Source: an uncultured delta proteobacterium (lineage in GTDB: Bacteria > Myxococcota > Myxococcia > Myxococcales > Anaeromyxobacteraceae). From it: a stretch of 64,000 nucleotides of DNA. Numbering within the stretch: the first letter of the stretch is position 1; each line of letters begins with the position of its first letter. The notes beneath the pieces were generated by a model. It did not search any database, was not told the DNA's origin, and worked only from the letters and a program-made list of their open reading frames with translations. The position numbers were made by a program, and so were the translations under genes. The DNA lies in the NCBI GenBank assembly GCA_963828255.1, contig CAWHDZ010000018.1:32001-96000 (forward strand), given 5' to 3'. Shown piece by piece: positions 41,995-51,443 of this stretch.

Positions 41995-43698
41995 ATGTTC
42001 CTCCTCAATCCCAGGACCCCCTCCCGCCACTGCCCCGACGCCCGCTCCCGCGAGCTCGTCGAGAAGACCGTCGCCTTCTTCGAGGCCAAGGGGAAGGCGC
42101 GGCTCCGGGAGGACGACCTCGCCCGGGCCTGGTACGCCGACTTCCTCGCCTTCTCCGCGCGCGAGAAGCTCTTCGCCACCTTCCTCTCGCCCGCGCCGCT
42201 GGGAGGCGAGGGCGCGCGCTGGGACACCTGGCGGAACTGCGCGCTCAACGAGGTGCTGGGATTCTACGGGCTTCCCTACTGGTACACCTGGCAGGTCACC
42301 ATCCTCGGCCTCGGCCCCATCTGGATGAGCGGGAACGAGGCGGCCCGGGCCCGCACCGCGAAGTTCCTCCAGTCGGGCGGCATCTTCGGCTTCGGCCTCT
42401 CCGAGAAGGAGCACGGGGCCGACATCTACTCCACCGACATGGAACTCGTCCCCGCCGGTGACGGCACGTACCTGGCCCGCGGCGACAAGTACTACATCGG
42501 CAACGGAAACGAGGCCGCGCTCCTGTCGGTCTTCGGGAAGATCGCCGGAACGAAGGACTACGTCTTCTTCCTGGTGGACCCGAAGCGCCCCGGGTACGAG
42601 CTGGTCAAGAACGTGGTGGCGAGCCAGTCCTACGTGGCCGAGTTCGTCCTCCACGACTACCCGGTGACCGAGGCCGACATCCTCTCCCGCGGGCAGGCCG
42701 CCTGGGACGCGGCGCTCAACACCGTCAACGTGGGCAAGTACAACCTGGGCTGGGGCTCCATCGGCATCTGCACCCACGCCATGTACGAGGCGGTGCGCCA
42801 CGCCGCCAACCGCCGCCTCTACGGGATGGCGGTCACCGACTTCCCCCACGTGCGGCGGCTCTTCACAGATGGATACGCGCGGCTGGTGGCCATGAAGCTC
42901 TTCGCGTTGCGGGCCTCCGACTACTTCCGCTCCGCCTCGCGCGAGGACCGCCGCTACCTGCTCTTCAACCCGGTCATGAAGATGAAGGTCACCACCGAGG
43001 GCGAGAAGGTCGTCGACCACCTGTGGGACGTGATCGCCGCCAAGGGCTTCGAGAAGGACACCTACTTCGAGATGGCGGCCCGCGACATCCGGGCGCTCCC
43101 CAAGCTGGAGGGAACGGTCCACGTCAACATCGCGCTCATCGTGAAGTTCATGAAGAACTACCTCTTCGCGCCCGCGCCCTTCCCTCCGGTTCCCCGGCGC
43201 AACGACCCGGCCGACGACACCTTCCTCTGGGACCAGGGGCCGGCGAGCGGCCTCTCGAAGATCCGGTTCCACGACCCGGCGCCGGTCTTCGCGGCATGGC
43301 CGCAATCCAACGTGGCGCTCTTCCGGGAGCAGATCGCCGCCCTGAAGGATTTCCTGATGCGGGCCACGCCCACCGAGGAGCAGGCCAAGGACGTGGACTT
43401 CCTGCTCGTGGTCGGCGAGCTCTTCACGCTGGTGGTCTACGCCCAGCTGGTGCTCGAGTCGGCGGCCCTCTCCGCGGCGGAGGGGATCGACGGGGACACG
43501 GTGGACCAGATCTTCGACGTCCTGGTGCGCGACTTCTCGCGCCACGCGCTCGACCTGCACGCGAAGCCGGCGGCGACCCCGGTCCAGGCGGAACTGGCGC
43601 TGGCGATGATCCGCCGGCCGGCGTTCGACGCCGGGCGTGCGGGCAGGGTCTGGAAGACCGTGCACGCGCTCAAGGACGCCTACGAGATGAACCCGTAG
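41995..43698 (+). CDS. Acyl-CoA dehydrogenase family protein
   Basis: FGLSEKEHGAD, GDKYYIGN, PKLEGTVHVN. Confidence 0.9.
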   Translation: MFLLNPRTPSRHCPDARSRELVEKTVAFFEAKGKARLREDDLARAWYADFLAFSAREKLFATFLSPAPLGGEGARWDTWRNCALNEVLGFYGLPYWYTWQVTILGLGPIWMSGNEAARARTAKFLQSGGIFGFGLSEKEHGADIYSTDMELVPAGDGTYLARGDKYYIGNGNEAALLSVFGKIAGTKDYVFFLVDPKRPGYELVKNVVASQSYVAEFVLHDYPVTEADILSRGQAAWDAALNTVNVGKYNLGWGSIGICTHAMYEAVRHAANRRLYGMAVTDFPHVRRLFTDGYARLVAMKLFALRASDYFRSASREDRRYLLFNPVMKMKVTTEGEKVVDHLWDVIAAKGFEKDTYFEMAARDIRALPKLEGTVHVNIALIVKFMKNYLFAPAPFPPVPRRNDPADDTFLWDQGPASGLSKIRFHDPAPVFAAWPQSNVALFREQIAALKDFLMRATPTEEQAKDVDFLLVVGELFTLVVYAQLVLESAALSAAEGIDGDTVDQIFDVLVRDFSRHALDLHAKPAATPVQAELALAMIRRPAFDAGRAGRVWKTVHALKDAYEMNP

Positions 43699-43713
43699 CG
43701 CCGTGGCCGCCTT

Positions 43714-46680
43714 TCACCTCCCGAAGCTCCGCCCCACGTGCAGGCGGACCGCGTCCTCCAGCTCGGCCTCCCGGTCGCCCCGGTAGACCATCGAGGAGCC
43801 GATCTCGGCCGCCAGGATGGCGGAGCGGTACTTGGGGGGCAGGCGCCCGATGCGGCGCCGGAACCGGGCCGACTGCCGCATCATGGCCGGGAGGTGGGCC
43901 AGGATCACCCGCTGGAAGTCCGGCTCCATGGTGAGCGCCGGGCGCGCCTGGAAGAACTTGAAGAGCCGGGCGTAGTGGCCGTTGATCTCCCGGCTGATGG
44001 CGTCGGAGATCTCGGTGCAGAGCTGCCCGGTCTCGCGGCGACGCCTCAGGATGAGGTTGGCCTCGTCGGCGGCACGCCGCTCCAGGATCTCGAGCACGCC
44101 CTTCACGTAGCGGCTCTTGCTGGCCAGGAACTCCTTCTCGTCGAGCGTGAGGTTGGCGATGATCTCGTACGACGACGAGATGACCCCGCACTTGTTGGCC
44201 GAGGCGTCGCGCATGATGATCACGCCCTTGCGCTGCAGCTGCACGCGGGCCTCGGGGGTGATGAAGGAGTTGGCGCCCTCCACGATGGCCCGCGCCGAGG
44301 GGGTCCCGTCGGGCAGGAGGTAGCGCTCCCAGTTCTGCCTGTCGATGGTCTCGGGCCGGCCGCCTCCGGGGATGAAGAGGTCGGCGGGAACGGTGAAGGC
44401 CAGCGACCCGAACTCCCGGGAGAACTCGTCCAGGGAGAGCCAGCGCTCCTCCAGGCCGCGGGGCGTCCTCGTCACCTTCCGGAAGAGCTCGCGGAGCCCC
44501 TCCTTGCGCCGTCCGGTGCGGAAGAGGAGCGAGCCACCGACGTGCAGCGCCTTCGGGTCGAAGGCGTCGAGGTCGCGGCGCAGCAGGATCCGCTTCATCT
44601 CGGTGCGGGAGGCGCCCTCCGGGTCCACCAGCGCCGCCGTGCCGTCGAGGACGAGCACGAGCTTCATCCTGGGACAGCGGGCGAACAGGATCTGCATGGC
44701 GTTGCCGGCCACGTCGCCGTTCGGCCCGCCGGTCAGCTTCACGGAGAAGGCGTCCCGGCGCATGTCCACGCCGAGATCCTTCATGGTGATCTCGGCGAAC
44801 TTCACCACGCCGGTGGAGGTGACGCCGTACTCCTTGTGGTTGATGCCCACCCGCTTGCTCGACATGACCCCGATGCCGAGGATGTAGCCGCGCCGCTTCG
44901 AGACCTCGGCGATCTCCTCGATCATGTCGTCGTGCATGTTCTCGTCGGGGCCGAGCTCGATGGGCTCGTCCTCGCGGTAGTAGTCCACCACCCTGGGGTG
45001 GCGGGCCACGCCGTCCTTGGTGACGAAGACGTCGAGGAAGGCGTCGATGACCCCGCGCTGGAGCTTGTGGAGGCGCCGGGTCTCCTGGTCCTGCTCCTCC
45101 TTCTGCAGGGCCGAGGCGTCCATGATCATGACGAGCTTGGAGCCGCCCTCGTAGATGTCCTTGTTCTTGAGGTGCTGGGTGTGGGCCAGCACGTAGTTCT
45201 CGCGGAACAGGGTGGAGGCGTTGGTGCGGAAGTCGTCGGCGCTCCGGCAGATCACCGTGCGCCAGCCGCCGCGGGCGATGTCGGAGAAGCCGATGTGGAA
45301 GCCGAAGCCCGCCCGGGTGAAGAAGAAGGTCACCCGGAACGGGCGCTCGGCCGGGAGGTCGGCGATGAAGCCCGGGCCCAGGTCGGCCAGGTAGGCCGGA
45401 TCGAGCCGGAAGGCGAAGGCCTGCTTCTCCCTCACGAAGAAGTTGGTCTTCAGGGTGTGGCGGATGAAGGCCAGGGTGCAGCGGAAGACGTCGCGCCGCA
45501 GGTCGTCGAGGTGCCGGTGGCCGGTGTCGTAGTCGCGCACCACCCGCTCGGCCTCGGCCAGGTCCCGGGCCCAGGCCTTCCTGCGGCCCCGCACCGACGG
45601 GTCGAAGCGGGTGCGGAAGAGCCGGACCAGCCGGGCCGCCAGGTCCGGGTCGGAGAGGAAGCAGTCGTGGACGTCGTCCCACCCGAAGCGTCCGGGCTCG
45701 GCGTGCGCCAGGTTGGTGTGGCAGAAGGCGGCGAAGGCGTCCACCAGCGAGGCGTCCTCCCCGCTCATCACGCCGCTGCGCACCAGGTCGGTATAGAGCG
45801 ACGAGGAGGTGTCGAGGATCTGGGTGTTGAAGAGCTCGTGCTCCAGCGTGCGGTGCAGCGCCGAGCCGCTCCGGAGCGGCGCGCCCTTCCGGGGCCGGAC
45901 GTAGAACATGAAGAGGGCGACGGGCTGGACCCCGTTCGAGACGTCGAGCACGTAGGCCCGGTTCACTCCCAGGTTGAGCCGGTTCAGCACCTCCATCACC
46001 TGGGCGAGGAAGCCCCGGTGCGGGGCGCTGGCCACGGCGAAGGAGACGCGGGTCAGGCCGGAGCCGTCGGTCATGGGCTCGACGTCCAGGAAGAGGCCGC
46101 CGGTCCGGGCGCCGAACTGGAGCAGGCGCAGCGTCTGGGCCACCCGCCGGGGCGGCGAGATCCGGACGTAGCTCGGGTTGTTGAGCCAGAGGATGGAGAG
46201 GAGCCGGTCGAGCTCGCCGGTGTCCACGTCGGGGTAGTCGTGCTCCACCGCCGCGGCGACCGAGCGGCGGACGTCGGCCGGGACGCGCACCCCGGCCTCG
46301 AGGCCGCGCGCGATCTCGGCGTCCGTCTTGCACTCGAAGTCGAAGCGCTGGATCTCCAGGGAGTCCTCCATCCCCGGCATGAATCCGCTGGAGTGGGCGA
46401 ACATGGCGTAGGAGATGGCGGGCTGGGCCATGCGGCCGAGGACCAGCGAGCGGTAGAGCGAGCCGGGCGCGTTGCGCGTGGCCAGCACGAACCGGGTGGG
46501 GCGGTCGGCCAGGACGAGGTGCTCGTTCACGGCCAGGGTCCCGAGCTCGCGGGCCAGGATGGCCATGGCCTCGGGCTCGTCGGTCATGGCGTCGAAGAAG
46601 TAGGGCGGCATGGCCGTCTCGAGCCAGGCCTGGTTCTCCGCCGCCGTGGGGGTGCCGCGCCCGCTGGGTATCTTGCTCAT
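43714..46680 (-). CDS. Large NAD-glutamate dehydrogenase (about 990 aa)
   Basis: DIARGGWR, KNKDIYEGGSK, LGPDENM, HKEYGVTS.GV, TGGPNGDVAGN, EGANSF, DASANKCGVISSSYE. Confidence 0.92.
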   Translation of the reverse strand: MSKIPSGRGTPTAAENQAWLETAMPPYFFDAMTDEPEAMAILARELGTLAVNEHLVLADRPTRFVLATRNAPGSLYRSLVLGRMAQPAISYAMFAHSSGFMPGMEDSLEIQRFDFECKTDAEIARGLEAGVRVPADVRRSVAAAVEHDYPDVDTGELDRLLSILWLNNPSYVRISPPRRVAQTLRLLQFGARTGGLFLDVEPMTDGSGLTRVSFAVASAPHRGFLAQVMEVLNRLNLGVNRAYVLDVSNGVQPVALFMFYVRPRKGAPLRSGSALHRTLEHELFNTQILDTSSSLYTDLVRSGVMSGEDASLVDAFAAFCHTNLAHAEPGRFGWDDVHDCFLSDPDLAARLVRLFRTRFDPSVRGRRKAWARDLAEAERVVRDYDTGHRHLDDLRRDVFRCTLAFIRHTLKTNFFVREKQAFAFRLDPAYLADLGPGFIADLPAERPFRVTFFFTRAGFGFHIGFSDIARGGWRTVICRSADDFRTNASTLFRENYVLAHTQHLKNKDIYEGGSKLVMIMDASALQKEEQDQETRRLHKLQRGVIDAFLDVFVTKDGVARHPRVVDYYREDEPIELGPDENMHDDMIEEIAEVSKRRGYILGIGVMSSKRVGINHKEYGVTSTGVVKFAEITMKDLGVDMRRDAFSVKLTGGPNGDVAGNAMQILFARCPRMKLVLVLDGTAALVDPEGASRTEMKRILLRRDLDAFDPKALHVGGSLLFRTGRRKEGLRELFRKVTRTPRGLEERWLSLDEFSREFGSLAFTVPADLFIPGGGRPETIDRQNWERYLLPDGTPSARAIVEGANSFITPEARVQLQRKGVIIMRDASANKCGVISSSYEIIANLTLDEKEFLASKSRYVKGVLEILERRAADEANLILRRRRETGQLCTEISDAISREINGHYARLFKFFQARPALTMEPDFQRVILAHLPAMMRQSARFRRRIGRLPPKYRSAILAAEIGSSMVYRGDREAELEDAVRLHVGRSFGR

Positions 46681-46741
46681 GGTGACCGAGCCTAGATCCC
46701 TTCGGGCCCGCACCCAAGGACCGTGACGGGGCGTGAGGCGG

Positions 46742-47908
46742 TCAATCCCGGAACTGGAGGAGCTTCCCACCGTCGGTGAGGAGGTAGAGGAAGCCGTCCG
46801 GTCCCTGCTCGACGTCGCGGATGCGCTCTCCCAGGTCGCCGAGGAGACGCTCCCGCGCCACCTCCACGTCTCCCCGGAGCTCGACCCGCCAGAGGGCCTT
46901 CCCCGCCAGAGCCCCCATGAAGGCATTTCCCTGCCAGGCCGGGAAGCGCGCCCCGGTGTAGAAGACGAGCCCGGCCGGCGCAATGGAGGTCGGGCCCCAG
47001 AAGCCGACCGGCTCGACGAAGCGCGGCGCGTGGGTTCCGCCGCCGATGCGGCAGGAGTCGCCCACCGGGTCCCCGTAGTTGCAGCCGTAGCTCACGAGGG
47101 GCCAGCCGTGGTTGCCGCCGGGGACGATGCGGTTGAGCTCGTCGCCGCCCTGGGGCCCGTGCTCGTTCACCCAGAGCTCGCCGGTGCCCGGCCGGATCGC
47201 GGCCCCCTGCGGGTTGCGGTGGCCGTAGCTCCAGATCTCCGGCCGCGCCCCGGGGATGCCTGGATTGTCGGAGGGAATCGTTCCGTCGCGCCCGATGCGG
47301 ATGACCTTTCCGAGCGTCGTCGCGAGGTCCTGGGCCGGGCTGCCCTTCTGCCGCTCGCCCAGCGTCACGAAGAGCGTCCGGTCGCCGCGGAAGGCGATGC
47401 GCGATCCGAAATGGCCCGATCCCGACACCTTGGGCGCCTGGCGGAAGATGACGGCGACGTCCTGGAGGGCGTTTCCGACGAGCCGGCCTCGCGCCACCGC
47501 GGTCCCGGAAAGGCCTGCCTCGGCTCCCGTTCCGGGCTCGGAGTAGGTCCAGTACACGAAGGGGTCGGACGCGAAGTCCGGGTCGAGCGCCACGTCCATC
47601 AGACCACCCTGCCCGTCGCTCACCACCGCGGGCAGCCCGCTCACCGTGGCCTGCACCGACGCGCCGTCGGAGGAGAGCACGACCATGGTGCCGCCCTTCT
47701 GGGTCACGAGCATCCGGCCGTCGGGCAGGAAGGCGAGCCCCCAGGGGGAGGAGAGCGAGGAGTTGAGGGTGACGGTTCGCGGGGTCGTGGCGGGGCCGGA
47801 CGGGGTCGCCGGGTCGCCTCCACCGCAGCCGCCGCACGCCGAGAGCATCGCGCACGCCAGGAGGAAGGCGAGGAATCGGGAGCGGGTGACGCGGGTCCTG
47901 ACCTTCAT
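46742..47908 (-). CDS. PQQ-dependent sugar dehydrogenase (YliI-like) lipoprotein
   Basis: PWGLAFLPDG, GQGGLMDV, HFGSRI, YGHRNPQG, EHGPQGGDELN, RIRDV. Confidence 0.93.
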   Translation of the reverse strand: MKVRTRVTRSRFLAFLLACAMLSACGGCGGGDPATPSGPATTPRTVTLNSSLSSPWGLAFLPDGRMLVTQKGGTMVVLSSDGASVQATVSGLPAVVSDGQGGLMDVALDPDFASDPFVYWTYSEPGTGAEAGLSGTAVARGRLVGNALQDVAVIFRQAPKVSGSGHFGSRIAFRGDRTLFVTLGERQKGSPAQDLATTLGKVIRIGRDGTIPSDNPGIPGARPEIWSYGHRNPQGAAIRPGTGELWVNEHGPQGGDELNRIVPGGNHGWPLVSYGCNYGDPVGDSCRIGGGTHAPRFVEPVGFWGPTSIAPAGLVFYTGARFPAWQGNAFMGALAGKALWRVELRGDVEVARERLLGDLGERIRDVEQGPDGFLYLLTDGGKLLQFRD

Positions 47909-47949
47909 GACGGGGTCCTATGACCGCGTCGGTTCCAGGGCAACGCCGC

Positions 47950-49158
47950 CTACTCCCCGCCCGGTCCACCGCCTGGCCTGCCGCCCCGCCTCCTGCGCCG
48001 CCGCCGCCTTCGTCCCGGCGTGCCACCGGCCGGGGCCGGGGCGCCCGCGGGCGGGGGTTGCACCCCTTGCCTGGGCTGCTGCGGCGGCCTGGGCTGCTGC
48101 GGCGGCCTGGCCTGCTGGGGCCTGCCCTTCTGCGGCCTGGCGACGGCGACCGAACCGTGCGGGAGCCGCTCGACGCGGATCACCTCGGGAAGGGGTGCGT
48201 TCCTGGGACCGCGTGGTTCAGGGCGCCTGGGCCCGGCGGGGCGCTCCGGCCTTCGCTCCTGCCTCCGCTGCGGCTGCTGCTGCGGCTGAGGCTGAGGAGG
48301 CTGCTGCGCCTTCTGCGGCTTCTGCGCGTGCCCTCCCCCGTGCGGCCGTGCGGGTCCGCCACGCTGGGCTTGCTGCGGGTGGCTGGCGCCGGCGGGACGT
48401 TCCTGCCTCCGCGGCTCCGGTGCACGGCCGGTGGGCACGAAGCCTGCGGTCAGCTCGCGCCGGACGTAGGCCCGCCAGATCTCGCGCCCGTCGCCCTCAC
48501 CGCCCACCGCGGGGTCGAGCGCTGCGCAGAAGCGGCGGACGTTCTCGAGGTCGCGCAGGAAGAAGGCCTCGGACTGGCTGTTGTGCGCGGCGTCGACGAC
48601 CTGGGGAAGATCGATCACCACCGGCCCGTGCCCGCCCAGGAGGACGTTGTACGGCGAGAGGTCGCCGTGGATGAGGCCGCAGGCGAGCATCCCGACCGCC
48701 TGCCTCCGGAGGTCGGCGTAGATCCCCGCCGCCTGCTCCCGGGCGATCCGCGCGTCCACGAGGCGCGGCGCCGGGTGGCCGTGGGCGTCGAGCACGAGCT
48801 CCATGAGGAGCACCCCCTCGTGGAACAGCACGGGCCGCGGCACCCGGACTCCGGCGGCGTGCAGCCGGAACATCGCGTCGGACTCCCTGGCCTTCCAGGC
48901 TTCCTCGGAGGCGGCCTGGCCGAAGCGGCTGCCGCGGTCCATGGCACGCTGGGTGCGGGTGTTCCGGACCTTCCGCCCTTCCTTGTAGGCGGCGTCGTTC
49001 TTGAAGCTCCGGGTCTGCCGGGCCTTGTAGACCTTGGCCGCGACGACGTGGCCGCCGGCCCGGACCAGCCAGACGTCGGCCTCCTTGCCACCCTTCAGCC
49101 GCGAGACGACCTCGTCGATGACGCCGTCGGTGAGGAGCGGGGCGAGGGGATCGTGCAT
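47950..49158 (-). CDS. RIO1-family atypical kinase with Gln/Pro/Arg-rich C-terminal tail
   Basis: KGGKEADV, AKVYK, IHGDLSPYNVL, IDLPQ. Confidence 0.92.
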   Translation of the reverse strand: MHDPLAPLLTDGVIDEVVSRLKGGKEADVWLVRAGGHVVAAKVYKARQTRSFKNDAAYKEGRKVRNTRTQRAMDRGSRFGQAASEEAWKARESDAMFRLHAAGVRVPRPVLFHEGVLLMELVLDAHGHPAPRLVDARIAREQAAGIYADLRRQAVGMLACGLIHGDLSPYNVLLGGHGPVVIDLPQVVDAAHNSQSEAFFLRDLENVRRFCAALDPAVGGEGDGREIWRAYVRRELTAGFVPTGRAPEPRRQERPAGASHPQQAQRGGPARPHGGGHAQKPQKAQQPPQPQPQQQPQRRQERRPERPAGPRRPEPRGPRNAPLPEVIRVERLPHGSVAVARPQKGRPQQARPPQQPRPPQQPRQGVQPPPAGAPAPAGGTPGRRRRRRRRRGGRPGGGPGGE

Positions 49159-49166
49159 CTGGATCG

Positions 49167-49195
49167 GGTGTAGAGCGGAGACGACGCGGGGTCAA
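49167..49195 (-). promoter_or_regulatory. Sigma70-type promoter, leaderless RIO1 transcript
   Basis: TTGACC-N17-TACACC, then 8 nt to ATG 49158. Confidence 0.55.
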
Positions 49196-49246
49196 GGGTG
49201 AAGCCTGTTCGCGGCTTTCGCGTCGTCGCGGTCCCCGGAGGGCGAT

Positions 49247-49450
49247 TCAGCTCGGGGCGGGCCCGGCCGGGGCCCGGTGCTCGGTGTAGCTCGGGTTCCG
49301 GTGGTTCTGGTCCGGGTTGTGGGCGTCCCAGCAGGAGTCGGAGCAGAAGTAGAGCTGGAAGCGCTTCCGGTTGCAGGTTGAGACGCCGCACCTGAGGTAG
49401 GCGCCGCCGAAGGCGATGGGCTTCTTGCAGACGCTGCACTTCTGCCACAT
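49247..49450 (-). CDS. Small stand-alone zinc-finger protein (ZZ-like)
   Basis: 67 aa with CxxC...CxxxxC...CxxxC...H..H; TAGGAT 6 nt upstream of ATG. Confidence 0.75.
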   Translation of the reverse strand: MWQKCSVCKKPIAFGGAYLRCGVSTCNRKRFQLYFCSDSCWDAHNPDQNHRNPSYTEHRAPAGPAPS

Positions 49451-50093
49451 GGGGCAATCCTAGCGCGGCGGAGGGCGGGATGCCCGGCCGGGGCGCGAAG
49501 GTAGCCTCCCGACGCGTTCGCAATCCACCACGCGTACCGTCGCGACACCGATGTCGTGGTTCAGCCGGTTGAACCACTCCTTCGGGTGGGCGACCAAGGT
49601 CCCCGAGCCACCTTCGAAGCCGAGGTTGAATCACTTTCGGTATGGGTCACTCATTGTCCCAGAGACAACGGCCGATTCCATCATCGGTCTACCCGTCGCG
49701 CGTGAAGGAGACCACGGCGGTATCGGTGATGACCATCCTCGGCCTCGACTCGCACGGCCGCGACCAACCAGGTCGCGTCGCTGGCCTGCCGTCGGGGCGA
49801 GTCACGCTCCCGGACAGCGCGGTCGTCAGCCTGGCGGCGACGCGAGCGTGCATTTTATTGCCTACATCGACCCACCCCCATGAGGGGCGCTGCAGGATTT
49901 GTGGCTCCATGCGTCAAGACGTGGGGATCCCGCCATTTTGGTCCCCACGTTCCTTACAGATGACTACACCTCGTTCGACCATCACCCCGACAGGCGACCC
50001 TCCAATGGGTCTACTGCGTACCTCGTTCATGGTACAGAAGCGTGCCTGATTCTGGATGGTCGGGAGGGATCAACAAGGTGGCAAGGAGCAAAC

Positions 50094-50186
50094 ATGAGAA
50101 CGACGAGACAGCGCCCACTCACCAGGAAGGCCTTCAGCAAGTCGACCGCCGGCCGCCTGGCCGTGACACGAAGGGTGGAGACATGA
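50094..50186 (+). CDS. Putative 30-aa basic peptide
   Basis: AAGGAG RBS 5 nt before ATG; stop overlaps next ATG (ATGA). Confidence 0.4.
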   Translation: MRTTRQRPLTRKAFSKSTAGRLAVTRRVET

Positions 50187-50404
50187 GCGGCATCCGGACG
50201 GGACGGTCGCGGGGCGAGAAGATGAGCCTGTACATCCCTGGCGAGGTCCTCGCGGACATCCGGGCAGAAGCCCGCCGGCAGCAGCGAAGCGTGTCCTGGC
50301 TGATCCGTCAGGCATGGCGGCTCGCGCGGAAAGGCATGGATGCCCTTCCGGCAGCGCAGGAATGGAACCCCGAAGAGGGCCCTGGCGCCCTGCCGAACTC
50401 CTAG
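50183..50404 (+). CDS. TIGR04563-like small myxobacterial RHH-type protein
   Basis: KMSLYIPGEVLADIRAEARRQQRSVSWLIRQAWRLAR matches the family pattern (SLYFP...EA.RQDRSLSW..Q.AW..A). Confidence 0.8.
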   Translation: MSGIRTGRSRGEKMSLYIPGEVLADIRAEARRQQRSVSWLIRQAWRLARKGMDALPAAQEWNPEEGPGALPNS

Positions 50405-50432
50405 GGAGCAACAGCGGTGCGGCCCCAGGCCC

Positions 50433-50924
50433 GTGCTAACGTTTCCCTTCGTGCACTCCCGGGGCACAGGCGGACGCGACGACGCGGGGTCCTCGCCGAA
50501 GCGCACGGGCCTCGAGGCCCGGATCGCCGATGCCCTGGTGACACGCCTCGTCGAGTCGCGGTTCTCCGAGGCGCTCATGGAGCAGATCCTCCAGGCGCTC
50601 ACCGAGAGCCGCGACGTCGAGAAGCTGGTCGTCCACCTGCTCGAGCAGCCAGACGTGAGCGGCGCCGTCGATGCGCTGGTGGACCGGCAGCTCGGGCGGG
50701 TGATCGAGTCGCTGCGGGACAGCGAGGCACTCCGCGAGCTGGTGCGCGAGCAGGTCGACCTCTACCTGAGGCACCTCACCGAGAATCCGGAGGCCGTCCG
50801 GCAGCTCATCCAGGACCAGAGCCGCGGGATGGTCCGCGAGGTCCAGGCCACCCTGCGCGCCCGCGCGTACCTCGCCGACGACGCGGTCGACGCCTGGGTC
50901 CACCGCGTGCTGGGGCGACCGTGA
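50433..50924 (+). CDS. Hypothetical helical protein (partner of RDD protein)
   Basis: GC3-rich amphipathic helical ORF; GTGA overlap with the RDD gene; start uncertain. Confidence 0.65.
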   Translation: MLTFPFVHSRGTGGRDDAGSSPKRTGLEARIADALVTRLVESRFSEALMEQILQALTESRDVEKLVVHLLEQPDVSGAVDALVDRQLGRVIESLRDSEALRELVREQVDLYLRHLTENPEAVRQLIQDQSRGMVREVQATLRARAYLADDAVDAWVHRVLGRP

Positions 50925-51430
50925 CGCTGCGCTACGCCGGCCCGGTGAGTCGCGGGGGCGGCCGGGCCCTCGACATGGTCTCGCTCGCCGTCCTCGTCGC
51001 CGGTACGGGATGGCTCGCGCAGCAGTTCCTCGGGATCGACCCGGAACACTGTCCCCCTGCGACCGCGTGGTGGCACCTGCGGGCGCACCTGTGCGGCTTC
51101 ATGCCCTACGCCATCCCGGTGGCCGGGGTGGTCATCCCGCCCACGTACCGCATCCTCTTCTACGCCCTCGCCGGGCAGACTCCGGGCATGGCGGTGATGG
51201 GCCTGCGGCTGCGGCGGTCGGACGGCCGGAAGGTGGGCATCCGGCAGGCCGTGAAGCGCGTCCTGACCTTCTACGCCACGCTCGGCTTCGGTTCCTTCCT
51301 CATCCCCGTGACGGCGCGGCGGCGGGCGCTGCACGACATCGTGGCCGGGACGGTGGTCGTCTACGATTGGGGTGAACACGAGCTCGACTTCCGGCGCGCC
51401 CTGGAGCAGCTGCGGTCGACCGATCCGTGA
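50921..51430 (+). CDS. RDD family membrane protein
   Basis: YAG..SR...ALD, GQTPGM..MGLR, RRALHDIVAGTVVVY. Confidence 0.9.
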   Translation: MTLRYAGPVSRGGGRALDMVSLAVLVAGTGWLAQQFLGIDPEHCPPATAWWHLRAHLCGFMPYAIPVAGVVIPPTYRILFYALAGQTPGMAVMGLRLRRSDGRKVGIRQAVKRVLTFYATLGFGSFLIPVTARRRALHDIVAGTVVVYDWGEHELDFRRALEQLRSTDP

Positions 51431-51443
51431 TCCGGCTGCCCGC

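Noticed and set aside
48070..48120. Short tandem repeats (GGGCTGCTGCGGCGGCCT)
   Set aside because: Coding low-complexity repeats in the RIO1 tail; no spacers, not CRISPR
49567..49640. Possible mini-CRISPR or integron attC from the GGTTGAAYCACT repeats
   Set aside because: Only two short imperfect copies; no cas or intI gene; no attC box geometry
50030..50045. TGGTAC...GTGC sigma54-like motif
   Set aside because: GG-to-GC spacing is 11, not the required 10
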